Assembly: GCA_913063165.1 (NCBI GenBank)
Contig: CAJXZL010000011.1
Span: 1 to 24,000, forward strand
DNA from: an uncultured Saccharospirillaceae bacterium
GTDB taxonomy: Bacteria; Pseudomonadota; Gammaproteobacteria; Pseudomonadales; Natronospirillaceae
Direction of reading: 5' to 3'
Length of the DNA: 24,000 nucleotides
Below are positions 14,138 to 24,000 of the stretch, one piece after another (the stretch's first letter is position 1; each line of letters begins with the position of its first letter). Under the pieces are notes generated by a model. That model ran no database searches and was not told where the DNA came from. It saw only the letters and a list, made by a program, of their open reading frames with translations. The position numbers and the translations under genes were made by a program.

Positions 14138-14920
14138 ATGAATATTCAATTTGGCGAAAAACTACTGCACTTCTCACCGACACTGGCTGCACAAATCGGT
14201 TTAGACGAAGCGGTGCTGGCACAGTTGGTTTTTGAATTATCCCATATTTGTCCTACCAAAACGCTTGAGAGTGTCGATTGGTTTTATTTGGCACCCGAGC
14301 GGTGGCCTGAACTGGTTCCCTTTTGGAATATGACCAAGATTAACGCCATCTTTTTAAATTTAGAACAGCTTAAGATTGTAGAGCGCCATTTTAATCCCAA
14401 TGGACAGTTCCTTATTCGCCTTATGCCCAATAATGCGTTTCACCCAGCAGGTGAGCGAGCCAATAGCACGCAATCAGTTCCGTTAGGCGAAAAACCAGCA
14501 GCACAGATTCAGCAGCAGACCCATACTCAGGTCAATTCTGCGCGTCAGCGGAATCAAGCCCATTCTGGTCTGCCGACCTTTATGATTGAGCAAAGCCAGC
14601 AATTACAGACCGAACCGGCGTATAAATCAGCGATAACGCAGGAATGGACGCCCGACAAAAACTTTTTGGTGCCACGATTGGTCGCCGAAAACATTCCTGG
14701 GAGCTTCGTTGGCGAACAGCTACCTAACTTTATCGGCCACCATGTAGAAACGGGCACCCTTGCTGCCGACTGGAATAGCCGATTCGTCCGTTGGGTTAAA
14801 GAAGAATGGGCCAAACTGGCCCGTCCCGGCTATAAGAGTGGCACGCCACATAATCAACGTCAGGAAAAACGTGATGAAGTCCGACGACAGATCATGGATA
14901 TCAACGACACCAATTGGTGA
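14138..14920 (+). CDS. Phage-type replication initiation/primosome-like protein: N-terminal winged-helix-like region, Q-rich linker, C-terminal DnaT-like domain
   Basis: The ATG at 14138 follows AAGGAG. The C-terminal ITQEWTPDKNFLVPRLVAENIPGSFVGEQLPNFIGHHVETGTLAADWNSRFVRWV parallels recalled E. coli DnaT (MYPDWQPDADFIRLAALWG...[30 protein letters not shown]). The N-terminal FSPTLAAQIGLDEAVLAQLVFELS...VDWFYLAPERW...INAIFLNLEQLKIVE resembles phage O/DnaD-type HTH regions. Confidence 0.6.
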   Translation: MNIQFGEKLLHFSPTLAAQIGLDEAVLAQLVFELSHICPTKTLESVDWFYLAPERWPELVPFWNMTKINAIFLNLEQLKIVERHFNPNGQFLIRLMPNNAFHPAGERANSTQSVPLGEKPAAQIQQQTHTQVNSARQRNQAHSGLPTFMIEQSQQLQTEPAYKSAITQEWTPDKNFLVPRLVAENIPGSFVGEQLPNFIGHHVETGTLAADWNSRFVRWVKEEWAKLARPGYKSGTPHNQRQEKRDEVRRQIMDINDTNW

Positions 14921-15593
14921 GCAGCGCACCCTAGACGAGAACACCAAGTTATTGGTTAACTTGGTGTTTGCCCGTTTTAAAGCGATTTATGGCCACAAAT
15001 TCGACAGTACCTATGGTGACAAAGCCTCATTGGACATTGCCCGTCGGGAATGGGGTTATTGTTTGGCAGGTTACACCGAGCCACAACTGGCGAAGGCGCT
15101 ACATACCTGCAAACTGACCCACGCGTGGCCACCAGCCATCGCAGAATTTGTCGCGCTGTTGCAGCCAAGTGCTTCGGAATTAGGCGTGGTTTCTGCCCAT
15201 GCAGCCTATGTCGAAGCCTGTCGCTGCCGCGAAGACGCCCGTAATTTCCCTTGGTCACATCCCATTGTTTACCATGCCGCCAGAGAGACTGGTTTTTGGC
15301 GACTACAGCGTGGCAATGAAACCACGGTGTGGCCCCTTTTTGAACGCACCTATGCCGCATTATTGACACGATTGGCAGCAGGTGAAACCTTTGCTATTCC
15401 CAACCAACCCGCATTGGCAGACAACTCGTCGGTAACGCAGGCAGAGGCCATTCAATCATTGGCAGACCAGTTTGAATTAGACGCCAGTGCCTTTTATTTT
15501 CTGACACTGGACCGCCACAGCTCGGTACGAGAGCGTCTAAAGAATAAATTATTGGCGAGCCACCCCGAGATTGCAGCACACCTACCTGAATAA
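14874..15593 (+). CDS. Lambda replication protein P-like (putative DnaB helicase loader family)
   Basis: The segments VFARFKAIY...ARREWGYCLAGYTEPQLAKAL...WPPAIAEFVALL and NFPWSHPIVYHAA...LAAGETFAIP are colinear with recalled lambda P (VFSQLLATF...IRRQWVLAFRENGITTMEQVNAGM...LPSPGQFVAWC...SYPWKSNAHYWL...INRGEAIPEP). The ATG at 14874 follows AGGAAA and overlaps the upstream gene by 47 nt. Confidence 0.65.
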   Translation: MKSDDRSWISTTPIGEQRTLDENTKLLVNLVFARFKAIYGHKFDSTYGDKASLDIARREWGYCLAGYTEPQLAKALHTCKLTHAWPPAIAEFVALLQPSASELGVVSAHAAYVEACRCREDARNFPWSHPIVYHAARETGFWRLQRGNETTVWPLFERTYAALLTRLAAGETFAIPNQPALADNSSVTQAEAIQSLADQFELDASAFYFLTLDRHSSVRERLKNKLLASHPEIAAHLPE

Positions 15594-15748
15594 GGCTGGG
15601 TATCGGCTGTTACCTCTGCCCTGCCACGTGATCAGTCATGTGTGCAACCCATGGACAATCTGCGCTGAAGTTTTTATGCTGTCACTCAAGCGACCTGCTG
15701 GTTTCGTGTTCGCGTCTAGGTTGCATCACAGGGGATAGAAACTCACCA

Positions 15749-16666
15749 ATGAATTTCACACTGCGCCAAATTCGTTATTTTGTCACCATTGCCGAAACCC
15801 TATCGGTCAGTAAAGCGGCGCGTGATTTGTATTTGTCACAATCGGCATTGACCAATGCCCTGTCTGAACTTGAAGCCAGCCTCGGTGTATTGCTGTTTAT
15901 AAGGTCGCATAAAGGTGTCACTCTGACCCATGAAGGGCACCAGTTTCTTATATCCTCTCGGCGTATTCTGGCATCGGTTGCCGACGCTGCACAGGGCCTT
16001 ACGGCAGGAACGACCCAAGACAAAGGCACCCTAGTCATCGGTGTCACCAGTTTGGTAGCAGGCTATTATCTTTCTGAACCCCTGAGTCGATTCACCCAAC
16101 ATTTCCCCGGTGTTAAGGTCACCTTGATCGAAGATGAGCAAGCGTACCTCGAAAACCAACTGGTGAACGGCGAAATTGACGTCGCAATATTCATGCTGCA
16201 ACAAATGCATGAGCCGGATGCCTTTGAAATGGAAACCCTGACGCGCTCGCCACTCAAGGTGTGGCTACCGGTGAACCATCCTTTGTTCAAACAAGCCGAC
16301 ATCAGTTTGTTGGAATTGGCTAAGGAACCATTGATTACCCTGACCGCCAACCGCATTGACCACATTATTGGCCAGACGTGGCGCCGCTATAACAAGACCG
16401 CCCGCTCGTTTCTTGAAACCGAGTCCGTCGAAGCTGTGCGTAACCTCGTCGGCGCATCGCTGGGCATTGCCATTTTGCCAGAATTTGCCTACCGCCCATG
16501 GACGCTCGACATGCAACGTGTGGAAACCCGCAATATCCGCGAGGAAATTCCCAGTATCGACATCGGTCTGGTGTGGCGAAGGGGGTCCCATCTCAATTGG
16601 GCTACCTCAGAATTTATCGATCTTGCCCGTGATCAAAGTCGCTCAAAACAGCATACCGGCATTTAG
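15749..16666 (+). CDS. LysR-family transcriptional regulator
   Basis: The N-terminal HTH MNFTLRQIRYFVTIAETLSVSKAARDLYLSQSALTNALSELEASLGVLLFIRSHKGVTLT is a typical LTTR, followed by a substrate-binding-type C-terminal domain. The ATG at 15749 gives 305 aa, and the upstream extension was rejected. Confidence 0.9.
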   Translation: MNFTLRQIRYFVTIAETLSVSKAARDLYLSQSALTNALSELEASLGVLLFIRSHKGVTLTHEGHQFLISSRRILASVADAAQGLTAGTTQDKGTLVIGVTSLVAGYYLSEPLSRFTQHFPGVKVTLIEDEQAYLENQLVNGEIDVAIFMLQQMHEPDAFEMETLTRSPLKVWLPVNHPLFKQADISLLELAKEPLITLTANRIDHIIGQTWRRYNKTARSFLETESVEAVRNLVGASLGIAILPEFAYRPWTLDMQRVETRNIREEIPSIDIGLVWRRGSHLNWATSEFIDLARDQSRSKQHTGI

Positions 16667-16686
16667 CCATCAATTAAATTGATGGC
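16666..16686. promoter_or_regulatory. Palindrome GCCATCAAT-TAA-ATTGATGGC containing an LTTR-box-like ATC-N9-GAT (T-N11-A)
   Basis: Perfect 9-bp arms start at the last base of the LysR stop codon, about 115 bp upstream of the ydcS-like ATG. It could be the regulator's operator or a U-tract-less RNA hairpin at the end of the lysR transcript. Confidence 0.4.
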
Positions 16687-16791
16687 CACCCCTCAGAAAA
16701 TAGTATTATCTATCGCTAATATGTTTGATTACACTAAAAAAACGTACCGATCGTACGAAATAACAACAATAATGTTACGGAGATCAATTCA

Positions 16792-17961
16792 ATGGGTAAT
16801 AAAACTCGCCTATCGGCAAAGATAAGCGCCAGTTTCCTCATCGGCACCATGATGCTTAGCAGTCCTTTGCAAGCAGCAGGCATGGTAAAGAAGATTGGAA
16901 AAGGTGAAGGCCAAGTAAACATCGTCGCTTGGGCTGGCTATATTGAACGTGGTGATACCATGGCTGAATTCGACTGGGTAACAGGGTTTGAAGAAACCAC
17001 TGGCTGCCAAGTTAATGTTAAGACAGCCGCAACGTCAGACGAAATGGTCGCACTAATGAACGAAGGCGGATTCGATCTGGTTACCGCATCTGGTGACGCC
17101 AGCCTACGTTTAATCGCGGGCAAGAAGGTTCAAGAAATCAACCTCGATCTGATTCCAAGTTACAAGACTGTCGACAAGCGTTTACAAAATGCCAAGTGGC
17201 ACACAGTGAACGGCAAGCATTTCGGTGTGCCTTATCAGTGGGGCTATAACGTATTGGCCTACCGCACAGACGTGTTTAGCAAAGCACCTGACTCTTGGTC
17301 AGTGGTTTTTGAAGAACAGACGCTTCCTGATGGCAAATCAAACGCCGGTCGCGTTCAAGCATTCGATGGCCCTATCTACATTGCTGATGCAGCATTGTAT
17401 TTGATGAGTGTTAAGCCTGAACTTGGCATCAAAGATCCCTACGAATTGAACGAAGATCAGTATCAAGCCGCCCTTACTTTGCTGCGCGGTCAGCGCAAAT
17501 TGGTTGGTCGCTATTGGCATGATGCGTTCGTACAGATCGACGACTTCAAAAACGAAGGTGTGGTTGCCTCTAGCTCTTGGGGTTTCCAAGTCGGCATCCT
17601 AAAAGCGGATACGCCAATCGGTGCTGTGGTACCAAAAGAAGGTGCTACTGGTTGGGCTGACTCAACCATGTTGCATGCAGACGCTGAGAACGTGAACTGT
17701 GCCTATCGCTGGTTAGAGCATTCGATCAATCCGAAGTTGCAGGGTGACCTAGCAGCCTGGTTTGGTTCAGTGCCTTCGGTTCCTGCCGCTTGTACCGGTA
17801 ACGCCCTGTTGACTGACGCAGGTTGTGCTGCCAACGGCTACGAGTCTTTTGATCAAATTCACTTCTGGCGCACGCCAGTGAGCAAGTGTGAAACGCAAGA
17901 CCAGTGTGTACCCTATTATCGTTGGGTATCTGATTACATCGCTGTTCTAGGCGGTCGATAA
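16792..17961 (+). CDS. ydcS: Polyamine (putrescine/spermidine-type) ABC transporter periplasmic substrate-binding protein, YdcS-like
   Basis: It has the signal peptide MGNKTRLSAKISASFLIGTMMLSSPLQAAG and PotD/PotF-family features (NIVAWAGYIE, GVPYQWG, and others). It is the first gene of a five-gene block with the same order and sizes as E. coli ydcS-T-U-V-patD. Confidence 0.8.
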   Translation: MGNKTRLSAKISASFLIGTMMLSSPLQAAGMVKKIGKGEGQVNIVAWAGYIERGDTMAEFDWVTGFEETTGCQVNVKTAATSDEMVALMNEGGFDLVTASGDASLRLIAGKKVQEINLDLIPSYKTVDKRLQNAKWHTVNGKHFGVPYQWGYNVLAYRTDVFSKAPDSWSVVFEEQTLPDGKSNAGRVQAFDGPIYIADAALYLMSVKPELGIKDPYELNEDQYQAALTLLRGQRKLVGRYWHDAFVQIDDFKNEGVVASSSWGFQVGILKADTPIGAVVPKEGATGWADSTMLHADAENVNCAYRWLEHSINPKLQGDLAAWFGSVPSVPAACTGNALLTDAGCAANGYESFDQIHFWRTPVSKCETQDQCVPYYRWVSDYIAVLGGR

Positions 17962-17967
17962 TCTAAT

Positions 17968-17997
17968 CGGGGCGCCCGCCTGGGTGCCCCGTTCTTA
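17968..17997 (+). terminator. Intercistronic GC-rich hairpin after the binding-protein gene (partial terminator or mRNA stabiliser)
   Basis: CGGGGCGCCC-GCCT-GGGTGCCCCG forms a 10-bp stem that includes one G-U pair, followed by TTCTTA. This placement is common in ABC operons, where it raises binding-protein stoichiometry. Confidence 0.4.
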
Positions 17998-18027
17998 TAA
18001 CGTTTAAATGTCAAAAATGAGACCCCT

Positions 18028-19050
18028 ATGTCAGCTGTTTCCTTTGAATCGGTTTCGCGTCTTTATGGTGATGTTGTTGCAGTAGATAACGTCGACTTCG
18101 AGATTCAATCAGGCGAATTCTTTACCCTTCTTGGACCTTCTGGGTCAGGCAAAACCACCTGTTTACGCATGATGGCAGGCTTTGAATTTCAATCATCAGG
18201 CACCATTAAAATATTGGGCGAGGATTGCGCCAATAAGCCTCCCTATGACCGAAGTGTGAATACGGTCTTTCAAGATTACGCTCTATTTCCTCATATGAAT
18301 GTCCGAGACAACATCGCCTATGGCTTGATGGTGTCGGGCGTTGGTACCAAAGAACGCTATGCGCGCACCGACGAAATGCTGTCGTTGATACATTTACCCG
18401 ATGTGGGTGACCGCAAACCGTCACAACTGTCTGGCGGACAACGTCAGCGCGTTGCCATTGCCCGCGCACTGATTAACAAGCCCAAGTTGCTGTTGTTAGA
18501 CGAGCCACTGGGTGCGTTGGACCTTAAATTACGTGAACAGATGCAAATTGAGTTAAAGACCTTACAGCGTCAGGTCGGCATTACCTTTGTCTTTGTTACC
18601 CACGACCAGCAAGAAGCCTTGTCGATGAGTGACCGTATTTGTATTTTCAACAAGGGCCGCATTGAGCAAATTGGCAGTCCTGATGATGTATATGACCGAC
18701 CGGAATCCGAATTTGTTGCGCAATTTGTGGGCAGCGTGAATCTGCTCAAGAATGCCCAAGCCAAACACATTTTAGGTATCGATGGCACCGCGATGCTGCG
18801 ACCTGAACGCATATCCATTAGCGCAGCAGACGCGAATAAGCCTAGCCGCTTGACCGGCTGGGTACTTGAACATGAATATCTTGGCCCCTATATCCGGTAC
18901 CAGGTGGCTATTGATGACCAACTAACGTTGATCGTAAACCAACCGAACCCCGGGCACCTCTCCGCCGAAGAACGGTTTGCACGCGACACCCGGGTGTCAT
19001 TGGATTGGGATGACACGGCTGTCCATGCGATCCAAGGGGGCAAAAAGTGA
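18028..19050 (+). CDS. ydcT: Polyamine ABC transporter ATP-binding protein, PotA/YdcT-like
   Basis: Walker A GPSGSGKTT, signature LSGGQRQRVAIARAL, Walker B LLLLDEPLGALD and H-loop THDQ are present, together with a C-terminal TOBE-like regulatory domain. Confidence 0.88.
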   Translation: MSAVSFESVSRLYGDVVAVDNVDFEIQSGEFFTLLGPSGSGKTTCLRMMAGFEFQSSGTIKILGEDCANKPPYDRSVNTVFQDYALFPHMNVRDNIAYGLMVSGVGTKERYARTDEMLSLIHLPDVGDRKPSQLSGGQRQRVAIARALINKPKLLLLDEPLGALDLKLREQMQIELKTLQRQVGITFVFVTHDQQEALSMSDRICIFNKGRIEQIGSPDDVYDRPESEFVAQFVGSVNLLKNAQAKHILGIDGTAMLRPERISISAADANKPSRLTGWVLEHEYLGPYIRYQVAIDDQLTLIVNQPNPGHLSAEERFARDTRVSLDWDDTAVHAIQGGKK

Positions 19051-19988
19051 ATACTGCTGCTGTGGCACCTCTGCAGCCCAGTATGCTGCGTCGGTTATCC
19101 ACTTGGTTTTATATCCGTCCGCGTCTGTTTTTATTGACGCTTTTGGCGCCGCCAGCCCTGTGGCTGGGTGTGGTGTACTTGGGCTCGCTGTTTAATCTGC
19201 TCGCACAATCGGTGTTTCGCCTCGATGAGTTCAGTGGACAGGTGGTTTACGAAGTCGGCATCGGTAACTTTATCGACCTGTTTCGTGCCGCCAATCTCGA
19301 CGTCATTGTGCGTACCGTGGTGATGGCGACATTGGTCACTGTTGCCTGTGCCGCCATTGCATTTCCTATTGCCTATTACATGGCGCGTTATACCAATGGC
19401 AAAACCCGTGCGTTATTTTATGTCGCTGTGATGCTGCCGCTGTGGTCGAGTTATTTGGTGCGGGTCTATGCCTGGAAACTGATTTTGGCCAAAGAAGGCG
19501 TTATCGGATGGGTGTTTGCGTCCTTGGGTATTGAACCCGTATTGGAGGCCATCCTGTCGATTCCCATGATAGGCGGTTCGTCCTTGTCATTTTCACGGTT
19601 AGGCACCTTTATCGTGTTTGTTTATATTTGGGTACCCTTCATGATTTTGCCCATCCAAGCCGCGATTGAACGCATACCGAGATCGTTGCTAGAGGCCTCT
19701 GCTGATTTGGGTGGCCATCCCAGCCAAACCTTTAGAAAGGTCATCTTTCCATTGGCACTGCCGGGCATTGCAGCAGGCTCAATCTTTACCTTTTCACTCA
19801 CATTAGGGGATTACATCATCCCTGGCGTGATCGGTAATTCAACGCTCTACATTGGTCAGGTGGTGTATATGCATCAAGGCATGGCGGGCAACTTGCCCTT
19901 TGCTGCCGCATTCTCGTTGGTACCCATTGTGGTGATCGCTGTTTATTTGACTCTGGCGAAAAGAATGGGGGCTTTCGATGCACTCTAA
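19047..19988 (+). CDS. ydcU: ABC transporter permease, PotB/YdcU-like
   Basis: A GTG at 19047 overlaps the ydcT-like stop (GTGA). The protein has multiple TM segments and an EAA-type loop ([30 protein letters not shown]). Length is 313 aa, as in E. coli YdcU. Confidence 0.85.
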   Translation: MNTAAVAPLQPSMLRRLSTWFYIRPRLFLLTLLAPPALWLGVVYLGSLFNLLAQSVFRLDEFSGQVVYEVGIGNFIDLFRAANLDVIVRTVVMATLVTVACAAIAFPIAYYMARYTNGKTRALFYVAVMLPLWSSYLVRVYAWKLILAKEGVIGWVFASLGIEPVLEAILSIPMIGGSSLSFSRLGTFIVFVYIWVPFMILPIQAAIERIPRSLLEASADLGGHPSQTFRKVIFPLALPGIAAGSIFTFSLTLGDYIIPGVIGNSTLYIGQVVYMHQGMAGNLPFAAAFSLVPIVVIAVYLTLAKRMGAFDAL

Positions 19989-20790
19989 CACGGCACGTGC
20001 CCCCCTAGGACTGAAAATAGCCGCCATCGGTGGCTTGTTGTTTCTACATATTCCCATGGCATTTATCTTTTTATATGCCTTTACCACCGAACAAAAAAGC
20101 TATCAGTTTCCACCGCCGGGATTCACGGTAAAGTGGTTTGTGAAGGCGTGGAACCGCCCCGATGTGTGGGAGGCGATCCAGTTGTCACTGGAAGTCGCGG
20201 CATTGTCTACGTTGTGGGCGATGGTGTTGGGTACCTTGGCTGCATTGGCATTGTCCCGCGCACGCTTTTTTGGACGAGACACCTTTTCTATGCTGTTGGT
20301 TTTACCCATTGCGTTACCCGGCATTATTACGGGCTTGGCGTTAAGGTCGGGCTATGGCTCACTCGACATTCCTTTTAGCTTTTGGACCATTGTCATCGGC
20401 CATGCCACTTTTTGTATTGTGGTGGTCTATAACAATGCAGTAGCCCGATTACGACGCACCAGTGTGAATTTGATCGAAGCCTCTATGGACTTAGGCGCAG
20501 ATGGCCTACAGACCTTTCGGCATATTATTCTGCCGAATTTAGGCAGCGCGTTGCTGGCAGGTGGCATGTTGGCATTTGCATTAAGCTTCGACGAGGTCAT
20601 TGTGACTACCTTTACGGCAGGCCAGCAAACCACCTTGCCGATTTGGATGTATCAAGAATTGATAAGACCCCGTGACCGTCCAGTCACCAATGTGGTGGCA
20701 GTGATCATTGTGATGGTCACCACCATACCCATATTGGCTGCCTACTATCTGACTCGGGATACCGATATCGATGATGGCGGCGGAAAATAA
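19978..20790 (+). CDS. ydcV: ABC transporter permease, PotC/YdcV-like
   Basis: It has the EAA loop [24 protein letters not shown] and six predicted hydrophobic segments. It overlaps the upstream permease gene by 11 nt. Confidence 0.85.
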   Translation: MHSNTARAPLGLKIAAIGGLLFLHIPMAFIFLYAFTTEQKSYQFPPPGFTVKWFVKAWNRPDVWEAIQLSLEVAALSTLWAMVLGTLAALALSRARFFGRDTFSMLLVLPIALPGIITGLALRSGYGSLDIPFSFWTIVIGHATFCIVVVYNNAVARLRRTSVNLIEASMDLGADGLQTFRHIILPNLGSALLAGGMLAFALSFDEVIVTTFTAGQQTTLPIWMYQELIRPRDRPVTNVVAVIIVMVTTIPILAAYYLTRDTDIDDGGGK

Positions 20791-20833
20791 CACCCACTAA
20801 TAAAAAGAATCGCGAACAAGGAGTGCAACACTC

Positions 20834-22267
20834 ATGGCCATAAACACTAAGTTATTAATTGATGGAAAATTCGTGTCTGGTACTGGACATGATGAAGACA
20901 TTTTCAATCCAGCGACTGGTGAAACCATCACCAAAGTAGCTGAAGCATCTATTGAACAGGTATCTAAGGCCGTTAACGCTGCCCAGCGCGCGTTTACAGG
21001 CTGGAGCGCTACAACACCGGGCCAACGCAGCCTGTTGCTACTAAAGATTGCAGACGCCATTGAGGCAGACGCAGAGGCGTTTGCGCGTTTAGAAGCCACC
21101 AACTGCGGCAAGCCTTATGCCGGCGTATTGGCAGATGAAATTCCAGGCGTTGTAGACTGTTTTCGCTTTTATGCCGGTGCCATTCGTTGCATGACAGGCC
21201 CCGTGGCAGGTGAATACCTTGAAGGCTTCACCAGCATGATTCGTCGCGACCCCGTGGGTGTCATTGCGTCTATCGCGCCATGGAACTATCCGTTGATGAT
21301 GTCCGCGTGGAAAATTGCACCCGCTATCGCCGCCGGTAATACGGTGGTACTCAAGCCGAGCGAACAAACGCCGTTAACCGCACTGAAATTCGGAGAAATT
21401 TTGGCCGACATCCTGCCAAAGGGTGTGGTCAATATTGTGTGCGGTCGCGGAGAATCAGTGGGCCAACCGTTGGTTGAGCATCCTGTGGTGAGAATGGTCA
21501 GCTTAACGGGCGACATTTCGACGGGTCAAAAGATTCTCAAGATTGCGGCAGACACCATGAAACGCACCCACTTAGAATTGGGTGGCAAAGCGCCCGTCAT
21601 CGTGTTTGACGATGCTGACATTAGCGCTGCCGTTGAAGGTATACGTGCCTTTGGTTTTTATAATGCCGGTCAAGATTGCACGGCTGCATGCCGTGTCTAT
21701 GTGCACAGCAAGGTACACGACCGCTTTGTCGCCGAATTAGCGGCCGCAGTGAGCACCATCAAATTGGGTACTCAGGATGAAGAAGGCGTCGAAATGGGGC
21801 CCCTCATCTCCGACCGTCAGCGTAATCGCGTCGCGTCTTTTGTCGAACGCGCCGTGTCAACTGGGCATATGGAAGTGGTGACCGGTGGTAAAATGCGCCC
21901 TGGCCCCGGTTTCTTTTACGAGCCTACCGTGATCGCTGGCGCCAAGCATGAAGACGAAATTGTACGTCGAGAAGTGTTTGGGCCCGTGGTATCCGTCACC
22001 AAATTCAACGAAACCCAGCAAGTCATCGATTGGGCAAACGATTCTGACTACGGTTTGGCATCGTCTATTTGGACCAAAGATTTGGGCAAAGCCAATCGGG
22101 TTGCACGACAACTACAGTATGGCGCTACCTGGATTAACACCCACTTTATGTTGACCAACGAAATGCCACATGGCGGCATGAAGATGTCGGGGTATGGCAA
22201 GGATCTGTCGATGTATGCTTTGGAAGACTATACCGTGGCGCGCCACGTGATGTTTGCACACGACTAA
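20834..22267 (+). CDS. patD: Gamma-aminobutyraldehyde dehydrogenase (NAD-dependent aldehyde dehydrogenase, PatD/YdcW type)
   Basis: It is near-colinear with recalled E. coli PatD: [78 protein letters not shown] and [15 protein letters not shown] precedes the ATG. Confidence 0.9.
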   Translation: MAINTKLLIDGKFVSGTGHDEDIFNPATGETITKVAEASIEQVSKAVNAAQRAFTGWSATTPGQRSLLLLKIADAIEADAEAFARLEATNCGKPYAGVLADEIPGVVDCFRFYAGAIRCMTGPVAGEYLEGFTSMIRRDPVGVIASIAPWNYPLMMSAWKIAPAIAAGNTVVLKPSEQTPLTALKFGEILADILPKGVVNIVCGRGESVGQPLVEHPVVRMVSLTGDISTGQKILKIAADTMKRTHLELGGKAPVIVFDDADISAAVEGIRAFGFYNAGQDCTAACRVYVHSKVHDRFVAELAAAVSTIKLGTQDEEGVEMGPLISDRQRNRVASFVERAVSTGHMEVVTGGKMRPGPGFFYEPTVIAGAKHEDEIVRREVFGPVVSVTKFNETQQVIDWANDSDYGLASSIWTKDLGKANRVARQLQYGATWINTHFMLTNEMPHGGMKMSGYGKDLSMYALEDYTVARHVMFAHD

Positions 22268-22287
22268 AGGCCTTTTGTAACAGGCAA

Positions 22288-22317
22288 CAAAAAGCCCGGC
22301 ATTAGCCGGGCTTTTTT
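22288..22317. terminator. Bidirectional Rho-independent terminator between patD and pnp
   Basis: The sequence is AAAAAGCCCGGC-ATTA-GCCGGGCTTTTTT. An 8-bp GC stem is flanked by an A-run and a T-run, so it is usable by both convergent transcripts. Confidence 0.8.
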
Positions 22318-22334
22318 ATAGAAGAGCCTGTGGT

Positions 22335-24000
22335 TTACACAGACGCTTTCTCTTCGTCAGTCATCTCTTTCATGGTCAACTTCACACGACCACGGTTATC
22401 GACGTCTAGTACCTTCACTGCCACTTCCTGACCTTCAGACAATTCTTCGTCTACAGTCTTCAAGCGACGCTCACAAATCTGTGAGATGTGAACCAAGCCA
22501 TCTTTGCCCGGCAAGAAGTTAACGAATGCGCCGAAGTCAGCAATACGAACCACTTTACCACGGTAGATAGCACCAATTTCAGCTTCAGCTGTGATGGCAA
22601 GAATACGGTTCTTGGCATCTAGCATACGCTCTTGGTTAGGCGCATAGATACGGATAGTACCGTCGTCTGAAATGTCGATTTCTGTCTGAGTTTCTTCAGT
22701 CAAAGCACGGATAGTTGCACCACCCTTACCAATAACGTCACGAATCTTGTCAGTATCAATCTTCACATTCTCATAAGACGGTGCATTAGGTGACAACTCA
22801 GGACGTGAAGCACTGATCACCAACGCCATTTCGGCCAAGATGTGAATACGTGCATCGTGAGCCTGCTCTAACGCAGATTCCATGATCTCTTCGGTGATGC
22901 CCTGGATCTTGATATCCATCTGCAATGCAGTGATACCCTTAGCAGAACCGGCTACTTTAAAGTCCATGTCGCCCAAGTGATCTTCATCACCCAAGATGTC
23001 AGTCAAGATGGCGAAGCCGTTGTCTTCTTTTACCAAGCCCATTGCAATACCTGCAACTGGCGTAGTGACCGGAATACCTGCGTCCATCATGGCCAAAGAG
23101 GTACCGCACACAGAAGCCATTGAACTAGAACCGTTTGATTCAGTGATTTCAGACACCACACGAATGGTATACGGGAATTCTTCTACGTCTGGCAACGTGG
23201 CTGCAACACCGCGACGCGCCAATCGGCCATGACCGATTTCACGACGACCAACGCCACCCATACGACCTGCTTCACCTACGCTGAACGGAGGGAAGTTGTA
23301 ATGCAACATGAAGGGATCGTTACGCAGACCAGATAGGTCATCAACCATTTTAGAGTCGCGCTTTGTACCTAGAGTACAGGCAACCAATGCCTGAGTTTCA
23401 CCACGGGTAAACAAGGCAGAACCATGGGCACGCGGCAATACGCCTACTTCTACTTCAATCGCTCGAACGGTCTTGTTGTCGCGGCCATCGATACGTGGCT
23501 CACCAGCAACAACGCGCTGACGAACAATACGCTTTTCAATTTTAGAGATAGCACCTTTGATGTCGTCTGCTGAATAGCCAGTCGTTTCATTAACCAAGGC
23601 TTCAACTGCGTCAGACTTAATCTGTGACAACAGGCTCACGCGCTCCATCTTGTCTACAGTCAGGTAAGCATCGCCTACGCGCTGTCCGAAACCCGTTTCT
23701 ACGGCTTCAGTCATGGCTGCATCAATGGCAGGTGCTGACCAATCCCACTGTGGCTTGCCAACTTCTGCGGCAAACTCTTTGATCGCTGCAATGACAGGCT
23801 GCATTGCATCATGGCCAAACAACACACCACCTAGCATGACATCTTCAGACAATTCTTTGGCTTCAGATTCAACCATCAATACCGCTGCGTCAGTACCCGC
23901 CACGACCATGTCCAGATCAGATGCAGCATAATCTGCGATGTCTGGGTTTAGCGTATAGCCAGCTTCGTCTGTGTAGCACACGCGTGCTGCAGCGATAGGA
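22335..24000 (-). CDS. pnp: Polyribonucleotide nucleotidyltransferase (PNPase), 3' portion. The N-terminus lies beyond the window end.
   Basis: Motifs [46 protein letters not shown] and [14 protein letters not shown] are present, followed by KH ([14 protein letters not shown]) and S1 ([15 protein letters not shown]) domains. The reading frame stays open past 23981 to the window edge. Confidence 0.95.
   Translation of the reverse strand, partial: PIAAARVCYTDEAGYTLNPDIADYAASDLDMVVAGTDAAVLMVESEAKELSEDVMLGGVLFGHDAMQPVIAAIKEFAAEVGKPQWDWSAPAIDAAMTEAVETGFGQRVGDAYLTVDKMERVSLLSQIKSDAVEALVNETTGYSADDIKGAISKIEKRIVRQRVVAGEPRIDGRDNKTVRAIEVEVGVLPRAHGSALFTRGETQALVACTLGTKRDSKMVDDLSGLRNDPFMLHYNFPPFSVGEAGRMGGVGRREIGHGRLARRGVAATLPDVEEFPYTIRVVSEITESNGSSSMASVCGTSLAMMDAGIPVTTPVAGIAMGLVKEDNGFAILTDILGDEDHLGDMDFKVAGSAKGITALQMDIKIQGITEEIMESALEQAHDARIHILAEMALVISASRPELSPNAPSYENVKIDTDKIRDVIGKGGATIRALTEETQTEIDISDDGTIRIYAPNQERMLDAKNRILAITAEAEIGAIYRGKVVRIADFGAFVNFLPGKDGLVHISQICERRLKTVDEELSEGQEVAVKVLDVDNRGRVKLTMKEMTDEEKASV

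Noticed and set aside
14440-14640. Search for lambda-ori-style iterons inside the linker region of the DnaT-domain gene
   Set aside because: Only CAG-rich codon repetition that encodes the Q-rich linker (cagcagcacagattcagcagcagac) is present. There are no repeated 15-20-mers and no adjacent AT-rich block.
15636-15653. Imperfect palindrome CACGTGA-TCAG-TCATGTG between the P-like gene and the LysR gene
   Set aside because: The 7-bp arms carry a mismatch, there is no U-tract and no recognisable operator consensus. It is probably a chance occurrence.

Overview
This looks like a chromosomal segment of a gammaproteobacterium with roughly mid-range GC. I saw no rRNA, tRNA, CRISPR array, IS element or integrase. 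All homology calls rest on recalled E. coli or phage lambda sequences and motifs, not on computed searches.

Gene content, left to right:
- The tail of an MSHA-type type IV pilus minor-pilin operon: a pilin-like fragment, MshO-like, MshP-like, then a short Cys-rich secreted protein where the large MshQ is expected.
- A stand-alone F1-ATPase epsilon gene (atpC) on the minus strand, with no atpD next to it.
- A divergent YjjI-family glycyl radical enzyme with its YjjW-type radical-SAM activase.
- A ~470 bp non-coding gap holding heptad repeats inside a 13-bp inverted repeat, a sigma54-like -24/-12 element and a perfect GC hairpin.
- The conserved pcnB-folK-panB-panC block, extended by pgi and an RssA-like patatin.
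- A convergent ABC-2 exporter pair.
- An isolated two-gene lambda-like replication module (a wHTH plus DnaT-domain protein and a lambda-P-like protein) preceded by a perfect DnaA box.
- A LysR regulator followed by a ydcSTUV-patD-like polyamine transport and gamma-aminobutyraldehyde dehydrogenase operon.
- The 3' part of pnp.

Most of the window is ordinary housekeeping. The parts most worth a second look are the orphan DnaT/lambda-P module with its DnaA box, the uncharacterised YjjI/YjjW pair sharing a control region with an orphan atpC, the MshQ replacement, and the structured yjjW-pcnB gap.
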